Origin: a virus
Lineage: Duplodnaviria > Caudoviricetes
Strand: one strand, 5' to 3'
Virus record (IMG/VR): IMGVR_UViG_3300044709_000179
Location: 1 to 64,000 of that record
Length of the DNA: 64,000 nucleotides
The translations under genes and the position numbers were made by a program. Below are positions 27,379 through 36,291 of the stretch, piece after piece. Under the pieces are notes generated by a model. The model saw only the letters and a program-made list of their open reading frames with translations. It was not told where the DNA came from and searched no databases. Every line of letters begins with the position of its first letter. Within the stretch, counting starts at the first letter, position 1.

Positions 27379-27428
27379 AAAAACGCGCTCCGCCCGGTCC
27401 GAAGACCAAGGGCGGAGCGCTTCTCGTT
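27379..27428. terminator. Bidirectional intrinsic terminator
   Basis: GCGCTCCGCCC/GGGCGGAGCGC stem, A5 on left, T-rich on right, between convergent genes. Confidence 0.75.
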
Positions 27429-27614
27429 GGTCGGCCCCGTTCGCAGCGGGGCCGCACCGTCAGTCTACCGAACCACAACCACCGCCGATCCGATCGTCGT
27501 CGTCTGGCCGGTGCCCGACGGGCTCACGTACACCCAGCCGAGCGTCGAGGTGCTGCTGGTGGTGTGGGCCGGTTGCGGCTCTCTGGGTGGCTCCGCGGGC
27601 CGCGACTGCGGTCT

Positions 27615-28028
27615 TCACGGCAGTTCCACGTCGCGCACATCCCGGGTCGCCGTGGTCGGCATGGCCCCAGAGGCACTGCGGGACGCCATCTGCCCGACCG
27701 TTGACCGGCTGGGCGCCGCGCCGGCGAACACCATCAGCGCGGCCAGCGCCAGCGCTGACATGTCCGCCGATCCGATGCCGTCCACGATCAGCGACGTGGC
27801 CAGTTGCAGTGATGCTAGGGCGGCGATCACCACGGTTTTTGCGATCGGCCATTGCGGCACGCTGGGGATGGCGTACACGAGCACCGCGTTGCAGACCGCG
27901 ATGGCGATCTGTACGCCCTCCACGTTGGTGATGCGGCCCCCGGTGGCCGAGTCGGACAGGGCGGCCTGGACGGCGGTGACGATCAGGACCAGGGCTGCGG
28001 CGATGGACTTGCCGTACTTGGACCACAT
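27615..28028 (-). CDS. Holin-like 4-TM membrane protein
   Basis: KY.K.I.AA, internally repeated TM pairs with D-x3-IT/DG-I..A motifs. Confidence 0.65.
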   Translation of the reverse strand: MWSKYGKSIAAALVLIVTAVQAALSDSATGGRITNVEGVQIAIAVCNAVLVYAIPSVPQWPIAKTVVIAALASLQLATSLIVDGIGSADMSALALAALMVFAGAAPSRSTVGQMASRSASGAMPTTATRDVRDVELP

Positions 28029-28114
28029 GGGCTACTCCTTGGGGTTCAGGGTTTCAGCCGGCTCCGTGAATGCGGTCCGGCGATGTTCAGGGGTTCAGGT
28101 GCGATGATCTGGGC

Positions 28115-28645
28115 ATGACCTCCACCGAAACCTGTCCGTACGCACCGCGTCACCGCCCCGACCGGCACGGACGGTGCGACTGGTGCATGGCCGACGTGCC
28201 CGCCCCCTGGTTCATGCGCAAGCAGTTGAGCCCCGCCGAAGAGGTAGCCCGCATCGGACACGAGGCGGGCGTGACGATCCCGCCGTACGTGGCCGAGCGG
28301 ATCGCGTCCGCGGTGCTCAGCTACGCGGATTCAGCCGAGGAGGTGCGCCTGCTGGTGCACCGGGAGGAGTGGGCCGACGAGTATCGCCAGCAACGGATCC
28401 GCCGAGGACTGCGCATGTCGCTGTTGGAGCGGGTCGCGACGGTGGGTCGGATTCCGATCGGGCCGCCTTCGGAGGCGGTGCGCTACCTGGAGATGCCCGC
28501 CTACGGCGCGGGCGCGGGGCGGGAGGTGCCAGCCCCGATGGTTGCCGAGGGTGCCGGCTACGACGAGGTTGAGGTGAGCCTGCGGGTCGCGTGCCGGACA
28601 CCGGCCGTCGATCGGGCGGCTGCCGTTCGGGCGGGCGTGCTGTGA
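28115..28645 (+). CDS. Hypothetical protein
   Basis: Leaderless start, GC3 bias. Confidence 0.6.
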   Translation: MTSTETCPYAPRHRPDRHGRCDWCMADVPAPWFMRKQLSPAEEVARIGHEAGVTIPPYVAERIASAVLSYADSAEEVRLLVHREEWADEYRQQRIRRGLRMSLLERVATVGRIPIGPPSEAVRYLEMPAYGAGAGREVPAPMVAEGAGYDEVEVSLRVACRTPAVDRAAAVRAGVL

Positions 28646-28721
28646 GCGACGAAGAGCAGCGGGCCCCGCTAATCGACGTCACCGACCGCACCGTTGCTCG
28701 CGGCGCCGTTAGGATCGCGCC

Positions 28722-28949
28722 ATGACCACCCACGCCGGCTACGTCGTCACCCTCGCCGAAGACATGCGCGAGGACGACGCTCAAGCGACCCTGACCGCAC
28801 TCCGCATGATCAAAGGCGTGGTCGGGGTGGAGCCGGTCGAAACGTCGGCCGACCTGCACATCGCCTACACGCGGGCCGATACGCGGTGGCGGGAGCGGCT
28901 GCTGGAGATGGTCCGCGACGGGGTTGCTGGCGAGACGGGGCGGATGTGA
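28722..28949 (+). CDS. Hypothetical protein (RMIKGV..VEP motif)
   Basis: TAGGAT-6nt-ATG. Confidence 0.65.
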   Translation: MTTHAGYVVTLAEDMREDDAQATLTALRMIKGVVGVEPVETSADLHIAYTRADTRWRERLLEMVRDGVAGETGRM

Positions 28950-29131
28950 AGGTCGGCAACCTCGTCTGGCTTCCGGAGCGACTGCGCACCGGCCCGTTCC
29001 CCGACCTCAGTGCGGACCTGAACGCGAAGCCGGGACGCATCGCTGAGATCGACGGCGACTGGGCGATGGTGGAGTACGAGCGCTGGGGTCAGTTCGGGTG
29101 CCCGGTCGAAGAGTTGACGGCGGCCGAGTGA
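28946..29131 (+). CDS. Small SH3/KOW-like protein
   Basis: KVG.LV...G.I.EI.G..A.V. Confidence 0.55.
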   Translation: MKVGNLVWLPERLRTGPFPDLSADLNAKPGRIAEIDGDWAMVEYERWGQFGCPVEELTAAE

Positions 29132-29454
29132 CCGCCTCCTGGCCGCTCGCCAACCGGGCACCCGAAGCGCTCCAGGCGCTGCTGCGCGGCGACCGCGACC
29201 ACGCACAGGTGCGGCTGCTCACCCTGTCGGAGATGTGCGAACTGTCGGCGGCGCTGCTGGAGTTGAACGGGCTGGCCCGCCAGTACCTGGACACCACCTG
29301 CATGGTGTGCGACGTGGCGGTGACGTGGGACCCGAACGAGCCGACCGGGCAAGAGCCCCGGTGGCGGCACCTCGACCAGGCCGCGTCGTACCGCGTGGGG
29401 GCACATCGGGCGATGCCGGACCGCAGTGGCCAATCTGCGGCTAGCGACGGCTAG
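29128..29454 (+). CDS. Hypothetical protein
   Basis: Coupled; CMVC..W.H. Confidence 0.55.
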   Translation: MTASWPLANRAPEALQALLRGDRDHAQVRLLTLSEMCELSAALLELNGLARQYLDTTCMVCDVAVTWDPNEPTGQEPRWRHLDQAASYRVGAHRAMPDRSGQSAASDG

Positions 29455-29515
29455 TTCTGCCGCAACGCGAAGCGTCCGACCGCCGGAGCCTCGCACCTGG
29501 AGGGTGAATCCTTCC

Positions 29516-29546
29516 ATAGTCCGTGACTGTCATGTACTATCGAGGC
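29516..29546 (+). promoter_or_regulatory. Leaderless promoter inside 12-bp imperfect palindrome
   Basis: ATAGTCCGTGAC-T-GTCATGTACTAT; TACTAT-6nt-ATG. Confidence 0.6.
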
Positions 29547-29753
29547 ATGACGAAGACGATGCCGAGGCGGAGCCTCCCCAGCGCATCCACTGCCGAACTG
29601 ATCAGCCAGTACGACTTGGCAATCAGTAGCTACGCGGGTCGGCTGACCGAGAAGGCGCCCCGGCAGCAGCGCATCAACGTCATCGTTGACCTGCTCAGCA
29701 ATCGGGCGGATGCAGGCGACACGATGGCTATCGCTTGGCTGTCACCGCAATGA
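29547..29753 (+). CDS. Hypothetical protein
   Basis: First gene of cassette. Confidence 0.6.
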   Translation: MTKTMPRRSLPSASTAELISQYDLAISSYAGRLTEKAPRQQRINVIVDLLSNRADAGDTMAIAWLSPQ

Positions 29754-29956
29754 GCGCGTACCAGCGGACGCACCAACCGATCCGAGTGGTTGAGGTCAAG
29801 TGCACAAGCCGACGCCAGCTAGACGCCAACGGGATGTGCCCAGACTGTGGCCGCCGCCTGAAGCGTGCGGGACGCGATCACCTTCCCAATGTCGATGGTG
29901 CGCTCGGATGGGTGGAGCACTACGGCGACGGATCAACGCGGACGGTGAAAACGTGA
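29750..29956 (+). CDS. Small Zn-ribbon-like protein
   Basis: CPDCG. Confidence 0.55.
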   Translation: MSAYQRTHQPIRVVEVKCTSRRQLDANGMCPDCGRRLKRAGRDHLPNVDGALGWVEHYGDGSTRTVKT

Positions 29957-30255
29957 GCCAAGACAGGATTTCCCTAACTCAGGTCAATGCCCGACCGACC
30001 CACGCAGTCGGCGACCCCCGAAGCCCGACGCGTTATCAGGTTTGCGCCAACGATGAGGCCGTCGGCTACGTATTCTCTCGCTCGTCGGAATCTTGGGGCA
30101 CCAGCTCAAACGGACGCATCCGGACAACATTTCGTGGCTATTCGCGATCATGGGGCGCCGATTATGTCGATGGCACGCTGGTTACGAAGTGGGCTTGCAG
30201 TCGCAGGCGGGCCGTCAAGGATCTGATCGACTATCACCGGAAGGCGGTTCAGTGA
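29953..30255 (+). CDS. Hypothetical protein
   Basis: Coupled. Confidence 0.55.
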   Translation: MSQDRISLTQVNARPTHAVGDPRSPTRYQVCANDEAVGYVFSRSSESWGTSSNGRIRTTFRGYSRSWGADYVDGTLVTKWACSRRRAVKDLIDYHRKAVQ

Positions 30256-30473
30256 GCCAGCAGCACCGCAACACGCAATTCACGTCGGTTAGCGTGACGC
30301 CGGAGGCGCGGGCTGCGCTCCGGAGGGCGACGGTTCACCTTTCGGCTGAGTGCGACAAGCGGCTAAGCATGTCCGAGGCGATCGTCATCATGGGACAGTT
30401 GGCACTCCGCCTTGGGTACGACCGCATCACCGAATGCGCGCGCGATGTCGGCGTAATCCCCGCGAATGACTGA
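30252..30473 (+). CDS. Ribbon-helix-helix-like regulator
   Basis: TSVSVTPEAR..LRR.......R.SMSEAI. Confidence 0.55.
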   Translation: MSQQHRNTQFTSVSVTPEARAALRRATVHLSAECDKRLSMSEAIVIMGQLALRLGYDRITECARDVGVIPAND

Positions 30474-30544
30474 TGTCCCATCGCGGCCGGTGCAACCCGA
30501 GCGGCCCTGTTGGGAATCCCCGGGACGACCCTACATCGCGCGCC

Positions 30545-30696
30545 TCACCGTTGGCCGTTGCGACTGACCGCCTCGTCGACCTCGGGCACGTGGGTCATCG
30601 ACCACACCCGCCACGCGTTCACCTCGTCGTTGACGGTCTTGCCGGGGCAGAGGCAGCACCAGCCGAGCACGACGTGCGAGGGGATGCTGTGGCCGA
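30545..30696 (-). pseudogene. 3' part of small gene interrupted by tnpB element (5' part at 32055..32090)
   Basis: Joining at GGGAT|GCTG gives a 58-aa ORF with GGGAGG RBS. Confidence 0.5.
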
Positions 30697-32054
30697 TGCC
30701 GGTAGACTGGAGGCATTCCCCGAGCCACCGCGAGGCAACGTGAACGAAGGTAGCCGCCCTGTCGGCGAGGCTGCTGAATGCTGACCGGCCGCCGCTACCT
30801 GCTCTCGTTCACCAACGAGCAGGCCGACTACGCCGAAACCGTCGGCAACGCCTGTCGCGCCGCGTGGAACACTGCACTGGAGCAGCGCCGTGAGTACCGG
30901 CGGCGCGGCGCGTTCATCTCATATGTGGAGCAATCCCGGCAGCTAGCCGAGGCCAAGAAGGACCCATTTTGCGCCTGGCTAGCCGATGTGCCGCACTGTG
31001 CACTACAGCAGACCCTTCGAGACCTTGAGCGCACCTGCAAGGCACACGGAACGTGGAAGGCGCGCTGGCGGTCCAAGGTGCGCACCGCCCCATCGTTCCG
31101 GTTTCCTGATCCCGCGAAACTCGCGGTGCGTCGCCTGAATCGCCGTTGGGCTGAGGCTCGTCTGCCGAAGTTCGGCTGGGTTCGCTTCCGCTGGACTCGC
31201 CCGCTCGGCGGCACGATCCGCAACGCCACAGTCTCCCGCGACGGCGGACGCTGGTACATAGCGTTCTGCGTCGAGGATGGCGTGGTCGAGGTTGCCCCCA
31301 ACGGCAGGCCCGCAGTTGGGGTCGACCGAGGTGTCGTGACTGCGGTTACCACATCTGACGGCGAAATGTTCGACCGCGGGTCGATGACCACCGGCGAGGC
31401 AAAGCGTCTGAAGCGACTCCAGCAGCAGTTCGCGCGTCAGGAGAACAAGCGGTCCAGCCGTCGCAAGGCTACGCGCGGCGAACTGGCTGTACTCAACGCC
31501 CGAATTCGAGCGCGCCGGGCCGACTTCGCCGCACAGACCGCCGTTCGATTGATCCGTAACTACGGCCTGATCGCCGTCGAGGATCTGCGGGTGAAGAGCA
31601 TGGCGGCTAGTGCAAGGGGCACCGTCGAGAGGCCCGGCAAGAACGTGCGGCAGAAGGCCGGGCTCAACCGCGCGATCCTTAACAAGGGCTGGGGCGGTTT
31701 CCTACTCAAGCTCGAACGCGCCGCCCGCTACCACGGCGCGACGGTGGTCAAGGTCCCACCCGCGTACACGTCGCAGACCTGTTACGCCTGCAAGCATGTG
31801 GATCCGAAGTCCCGCGAGAGCCAAGCGGTCTTCAGGTGCACGGCCTGCGGGCATCAGGACCACGCCGACGTGAACGCGGCGAAGAACATCCGTGAGCGAG
31901 GGATTGAACTCGCTTCCGCCGCAGGGCTTGCGGTGGCAGGGCGTGGAGACCTCGGCGTTGGCCGGTCCGCGAAGCGCCAACCACCCGTGAAGGTCGCAGC
32001 ATGAACGCGGCCGATGGGCGGGAATCCTCGTGGCACCCGCGAGGTGGAGGTCAA
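30686..32054 (+). mobile_element. Non-autonomous IS200/IS605 (IS1341-type) element, tnpB only
   Basis: Right-end hairpin 32026-32044 then GGAGGTCAA; degenerate related hairpin ~30715-30735; no tnpA; left boundary uncertain. Confidence 0.7.
30778..32004 (+). CDS. tnpB: RNA-guided endonuclease TnpB
   Basis: VGVDRGV, IAVEDL, TSQTC..C, CTACG...HADVNAA; all three RuvC acidic residues present. Confidence 0.95.
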   Translation: MLTGRRYLLSFTNEQADYAETVGNACRAAWNTALEQRREYRRRGAFISYVEQSRQLAEAKKDPFCAWLADVPHCALQQTLRDLERTCKAHGTWKARWRSKVRTAPSFRFPDPAKLAVRRLNRRWAEARLPKFGWVRFRWTRPLGGTIRNATVSRDGGRWYIAFCVEDGVVEVAPNGRPAVGVDRGVVTAVTTSDGEMFDRGSMTTGEAKRLKRLQQQFARQENKRSSRRKATRGELAVLNARIRARRADFAAQTAVRLIRNYGLIAVEDLRVKSMAASARGTVERPGKNVRQKAGLNRAILNKGWGGFLLKLERAARYHGATVVKVPPAYTSQTCYACKHVDPKSRESQAVFRCTACGHQDHADVNAAKNIRERGIELASAAGLAVAGRGDLGVGRSAKRQPPVKVAA

Positions 32055-32074
32055 GCTGTGGCCGAGAGGGATGC
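31880..32074 (+). ncRNA. TnpB omegaRNA (scaffold to TCAA 32054 + ~20-nt guide); 5' end approximate
   Basis: Known overlap of omegaRNA with tnpB 3' end and right end. Confidence 0.55.
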
Positions 32075-32252
32075 CGACGCCGTCGGGCATCTGGTGCCTC
32101 CCGTCGGGAATTGCAACGGCCCCAGCCTGTGGGGGCCGGGGCCAGAGACGATCCGGGCTGACAACTGCCGGCTAGGCCGGGTGTCCCGCAATGCGGTACT
32201 GCCAGTGGGTCCCGCAATCGCAGGTTCAGGATACGCCGTGGGGTGCGACCGG

Positions 32253-32648
32253 TCACGCCGGTTCAGCCTCGCGCGTCGTGCACGCCTCGCACGCACACGG
32301 ACGGATCTCGATCAGCGCACTACGCCAGTGGCCATCCCGCGAACTGTAGTGCTCGTTGGCCCAGGTCTGCGGTTGGATCTGGAAGTCGATCGGTAGCCCC
32401 GTCATCTCCTTGCCGAGCGCCGCGAACGCCAGCGTGATCGCCGCCAGTTTCGGATTACCCTCGGCGTTGTGGATGCGCCCGAACCGCTCCTCGAACTCGT
32501 CATCGTCCATGATGAGCCGCACGTCCACGTCGCGCCAGTCCTTCGTCTTCAGCGACGACCCGACGTGGTAGGCGACAGACCCGAAGTAGTCGCGGACGAT
32601 GGTGCCGAACTTGTGCAGCCAGATGCCGGCGGGCATGCCTGTGCTCAT
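32253..32648 (-). CDS. Minimal Pol-beta-type nucleotidyltransferase
   Basis: VGSS..RDVDV..IDFQ. Confidence 0.7.
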   Translation of the reverse strand: MSTGMPAGIWLHKFGTIVRDYFGSVAYHVGSSLKTKDWRDVDVRLIMDDDEFEERFGRIHNAEGNPKLAAITLAFAALGKEMTGLPIDFQIQPQTWANEHYSSRDGHWRSALIEIRPCACEACTTREAEPA

Positions 32649-32660
32649 CGCACCTCCCGG

Positions 32661-32918
32661 TCAGTACTTCTTGCCGTCGTCGGCCGGCGTGCGCATCTCG
32701 TGCGTCCAGCCGCGCTCGGCGCACGTGCATCCGTCGACCGGCCCCCACGACGGGCACACGTCGCGGTAGTCGGACCGGTGCTCGCACGGCACCAGCATGA
32801 GCGGGCCGGGGACGTCGAGGGCGCCGTCGATCCAGTTGTCGCACTGGCGGCACTTCTTGTACGGGTCGGCGAAGATGGTCGCGTTGTGGGTGCGGGTGAA
32901 GGTGTGGGTCAAGGTCAC
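32661..32918 (-). CDS. Cys-rich hypothetical protein
   Basis: CRQC, PCEH, CPSWGPVDGCTC. Confidence 0.6.
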   Translation of the reverse strand: MTLTHTFTRTHNATIFADPYKKCRQCDNWIDGALDVPGPLMLVPCEHRSDYRDVCPSWGPVDGCTCAERGWTHEMRTPADDGKKY

Positions 32919-32922
32919 GTGA

Positions 32923-33204
32923 TCAGCCTACGGGCGTCCAGCCCGTCCCCGGTGCGCCGACAAGCAGCTCGTACGACTCGGCCTCGCCAGTACCGTCGAT
33001 CCGCTCGACCGTGACGCCAGCCGTCCGGGCCGCTGCCAGGAACGCCTCGCGGTGTTCGTCGAAGCAGGTCACCAACCACGTCTCACGGGCGCCGTTCTCG
33101 CGGCCTTCGATCCAGTTGGCGTACGCCCCAGTTGTCGCCCAGACATCCATGCGTCGGGCGGTGTCGGACGTCACGAGGAACCGGTGCACACTCACGTTGG
33201 CCAT
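32923..33204 (-). CDS. Hypothetical protein
   Basis: 93 aa, co-oriented. Confidence 0.55.
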   Translation of the reverse strand: MANVSVHRFLVTSDTARRMDVWATTGAYANWIEGRENGARETWLVTCFDEHREAFLAAARTAGVTVERIDGTGEAESYELLVGAPGTGWTPVG

Positions 33205-33363
33205 GATTCCACGTCAGCTGACCGGGACGCCGGGGCTGGCGGGTGGCGGGAGCCGACGGCGGGTGCGACAGTCCGGGGTCCCCTCTCGGTTCGCCGACCT
33301 TCGTCATCCCGGGTTTAGGCCGACCCGCTTGCGCGCCCCGCTGTCGCTTCAAGCGTAGGGCAA

Positions 33364-33744
33364 CTAGTCGCGCTCCCGCCGCCACCGCGCCCACTCGCTG
33401 ATCCGCCGCACCTGCTCCAGAATTAGCTCTTTCGCGCGCTCGTCGGCCAGGTCGTACTCGTCGGCGAGGTTGTCGAACGCGGCCGGCAGCGGCTTGGGTG
33501 GCGGGCGGTCCTCGGTGCCGAAGGCGGCGGCGAACAGGTCGGCCTCCTCGACACGAAGGTGGGGGGCTGCGCGCAGGAGGAGTGGGGCCGTGGGCTCCGT
33601 GGTGCCCGAGATCCACCGGAGGACGACGGACGGCTGCATGCCAGCCGCGCGGGCGAACGCCGTGGGCGAGCGGTAGCCGGCCGCCTCGATGGCGGCGACC
33701 ACGTAGTGCCCGAACTCCCCGGACGGCGCTCCGCCTTTGCCCAC
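33364..33744 (-). CDS. Second XRE-family repressor
   Basis: SPTAFARAAGMQPSVVLRWISG..EP; leaderless TACTGT promoter. Confidence 0.8.
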   Translation of the reverse strand: MGKGGAPSGEFGHYVVAAIEAAGYRSPTAFARAAGMQPSVVLRWISGTTEPTAPLLLRAAPHLRVEEADLFAAAFGTEDRPPPKPLPAAFDNLADEYDLADERAKELILEQVRRISEWARWRRERD

Positions 33745-33837
33745 GAGCCAACAGTAAGGGACTACCGAGCGAAACCGGTCACTCGTCGGATCGTGCGTGT
33801 CTTAGCTTTCAGGCCAATGAACTGGTAGCATGTGAGC

Positions 33838-34101
33838 ATGCAGACTTACGCACCACGACGACGCCGAGGCATCGAGGTGCGGCCCAGTGAAGTTCGGCGC
33901 CGAGGTCGCGAACGCTTCGGCGTCCAGACCGACCGCGCGCTTGCCGAACGCCTCGGCTTCCATCCGGTCAACCTGTCGAAGCTGTTTCACGGCCAGCAGC
34001 CGAGCGGCATCGTCATCGCGACCCTGCTCGACGCGCTCGACGCCAAGTTCGAAGACCTGTTCCTGATCGTGCCGTTGAAGTCGGAGGCGGCGAGCCCCTG
34101 A
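33838..34101 (+). CDS. Second Cro-like HTH regulator
   Basis: TDRALAERLG....LSKL..GQQPS..FEDLF; TAGCAT-6nt-ATG. Confidence 0.8.
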   Translation: MQTYAPRRRRGIEVRPSEVRRRGRERFGVQTDRALAERLGFHPVNLSKLFHGQQPSGIVIATLLDALDAKFEDLFLIVPLKSEAASP

Positions 34102-34177
34102 GATGCATCAGGCCCGGTGGCGTTGGCGCGCCAACCGGGCCCCTGTGAACCACCCAGCCGTAGGAGGTCCGACCGCA

Positions 34178-34264
34178 ATGCCTCGTGGTTTCCATGCTAA
34201 CGCATGCAGTCGCGTCGTGGCACGCAAGCCATCGCGCAACCGCAGCCATCGGGACGCGGCGTGA
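34178..34264 (+). CDS. Putative 28-aa leader peptide coupled to AAA_25 helicase
   Basis: AGGAGG RBS at 34162; TGA overlaps GTG 34261. Confidence 0.45.
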   Translation: MPRGFHANACSRVVARKPSRNRSHRDAA

Positions 34265-35340
34265 CTGACGTCCACAAGCCCAACTTCGACCCGAGCCTTT
34301 GGGCCGCCTACGAAGCTGGCGCCGGTCAGGAGCCTCCGGGCGGCAACGGTAACGGCAAGGTCGTGAGCATTGCTGACGCAGCGGCGTCGCGGGCCGCCCG
34401 GATCAGGCGCCTCACGTATCGACGGTCCGAACTCGACAACATCCCGCCGCCGAGCTATCTCATCGACGGCGTCCTCAACGACAACGTCCTTGCCCTACTC
34501 GCGGGCAAGTTCGGCACCTACAAGTCGTTCGTGTCCGTGTCGTGGGCGTGCTCGGTCGCCACCGGAAAGCCGTGGTTCGGCCACGACATCGTCAAGCCCG
34601 GCCCAATCGTCTACATCGCCGCCGAGGGCGCATCCGGCCTGAAGCAGCGCACGGAGGCATGGGAGAGCGTCTACAACCGCGGCCAGCGCATCCCCGACGA
34701 TCGGTTCATTGTCGTCGGAGGCTCGGTCCGGTTGACCCTCGGCGGCGACATGGACGCGATCAGCGAACTGTGCGCCGAGGTGAAGCCGGTCTTGCTCATC
34801 TGGGACACCCTGCACCGCTGCGCGCCCGGCGTGGAGGAGAACTCCAACACCGAGATGGGCATGGTCGTCGCGGCGATGGACCGCCTGCGCGAAGCCCATG
34901 CGTGCACGCAGCTCGTCAACCACCACACCGGTCACGCCGGAAAACGTTCGCGCGGCGCGTCGGCGATCGAGGACGACTTCGAGAACTCGTGGGTGATCAA
35001 GCTCCGCGATCCCGAGGACCGGTCGCCCAAGAATCCGCGCACCATGGAGCACCGCAAGTGCAAGGACGACGTACTGCAGGAGCCGATTCCGATCCGGCTG
35101 GCGCTCTGCGACATCTCCGCCACCGTCGAGCGCGATGAGGATCGGGACGAGGACAGCAAGTGGCTCATCGAGGACAAGGCGAAGCGGAAGGCGGCCGAGT
35201 GTGACGCTGCCGGAATTCCGACGGGACTCGGCCGTGATCGGCTGAAACTGGCCGCCCAGCAAGCCGGGATCGCGGGGGTCTCGGACACGCTGTGGGCGCT
35301 GGTCGTCAAGGCCCGAAAGGGGCTGGACCGTGCGGCATGA
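34261..35340 (+). CDS. RepA-like (AAA_25, RecA-fold) replicative helicase
   Basis: GKFGTYKS, YIAAEG, LIWDT, EENSN, HHTG..G..RGASA. Confidence 0.85.
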   Translation: MTDVHKPNFDPSLWAAYEAGAGQEPPGGNGNGKVVSIADAAASRAARIRRLTYRRSELDNIPPPSYLIDGVLNDNVLALLAGKFGTYKSFVSVSWACSVATGKPWFGHDIVKPGPIVYIAAEGASGLKQRTEAWESVYNRGQRIPDDRFIVVGGSVRLTLGGDMDAISELCAEVKPVLLIWDTLHRCAPGVEENSNTEMGMVVAAMDRLREAHACTQLVNHHTGHAGKRSRGASAIEDDFENSWVIKLRDPEDRSPKNPRTMEHRKCKDDVLQEPIPIRLALCDISATVERDEDRDEDSKWLIEDKAKRKAAECDAAGIPTGLGRDRLKLAAQQAGIAGVSDTLWALVVKARKGLDRAA

Positions 35341-35360
35341 CATCGATACCCGCGAGCGCC

Positions 35361-35522
35361 GACCTGTTCCGAACAGGTCAGGACCACAACCTGTACCGGC
35401 GAGATCAGCACAGTTCCCGCATTTCCGCAGGTCAGACCTGTTCCGAACAGGTGCCGGCACAGGTCAGAACAGGCACAAAAACCTGTACTGTACCGGCCCG
35501 CCCCTAGGGGGCGGTACAGGTC
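35361..35522. repeat. Palindromic repeat cluster, candidate origin of second replicon
   Basis: GACCTGTTC-C-GAACAGGT at 35361 and 35435, further ACCTGT/ACAGGT half-sites, CCCCTAGGGG. Confidence 0.7.
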
Positions 35523-35699
35523 GGTTGCCCGCCTCCGGTACGGAGAAGAAGGCAAGGATCAGACCCCTGGCCCGAGCCTCATCCGGTACGTCTCTGACCT
35601 TAGCCACGCCCCACCCGGAGCAAGACCGCAAGCCCAGCCCGCGTTCACAGCCGCACTCCACGCCACGACTGAACCGCCGAGCACCGGAAGGAACCCGCC

Positions 35700-35966
35700 A
35701 TGCTGACCATCGATAACCTGCCCACCGACCTGCAAACCGCCATCCGCCAGTTCCAGCGCGACCGCGCCAACGGCTCCCGCTCCGCATCCGCGTACTTCGA
35801 AGCGTTCAGCGACTACCTTCAGAGACGCGCCCACGTCAGCGAGGTCAACGCCCAGCGCCTCATCGACAACATCTGCGCCCTGCGGATGCCGGACCGCCCG
35901 GACGCGGCCCCGTGCTTCGAGGAGCCGAACCACGACGGCTGCCACACCTGGGAGCGGTGGCACTGA
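35700..35966 (+). CDS. Hypothetical protein
   Basis: AAGGA RBS. Confidence 0.6.
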   Translation: MLTIDNLPTDLQTAIRQFQRDRANGSRSASAYFEAFSDYLQRRAHVSEVNAQRLIDNICALRMPDRPDAAPCFEEPNHDGCHTWERWH

Positions 35967-36274
35967 TGACCATCGACCCGGAGGTCGCCGATGCCCCTAT
36001 CGGCCTGCCGTACCAGCACTACTGGGACGACGAAGAATACAAGGCCGGCCTCCACGCCGAGATCGTGGAGGCCATCGAATACGCACGGGAGCGCGGCGAG
36101 ACGACCAAGGACTACCTGCTGGCCGACCACATCATGGACCGGGTGTTCAAGCGGGTGAAACTGCACACGTGGTGCGCTCGCGTGTCCTGCGGCGGGCACT
36201 GTTCCGGCCCGACCCACTACGCGTTCGACATCACCACGCACCCACGACGGTTCGCGGACGGGGACGTCGAATGA
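35966..36274 (+). CDS. Hypothetical protein
   Basis: Coupled. Confidence 0.6.
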   Translation: MTIDPEVADAPIGLPYQHYWDDEEYKAGLHAEIVEAIEYARERGETTKDYLLADHIMDRVFKRVKLHTWCARVSCGGHCSGPTHYAFDITTHPRRFADGDVE

Positions 36275-36291
36275 CCCAGGGAGGATTACCA

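Noticed and set aside
30473-30784. tnpA (Y1 transposase) upstream of tnpB
   Set aside because: No HUH or catalytic Tyr motif in the frames read; region better explained by a minus-strand gene remnant
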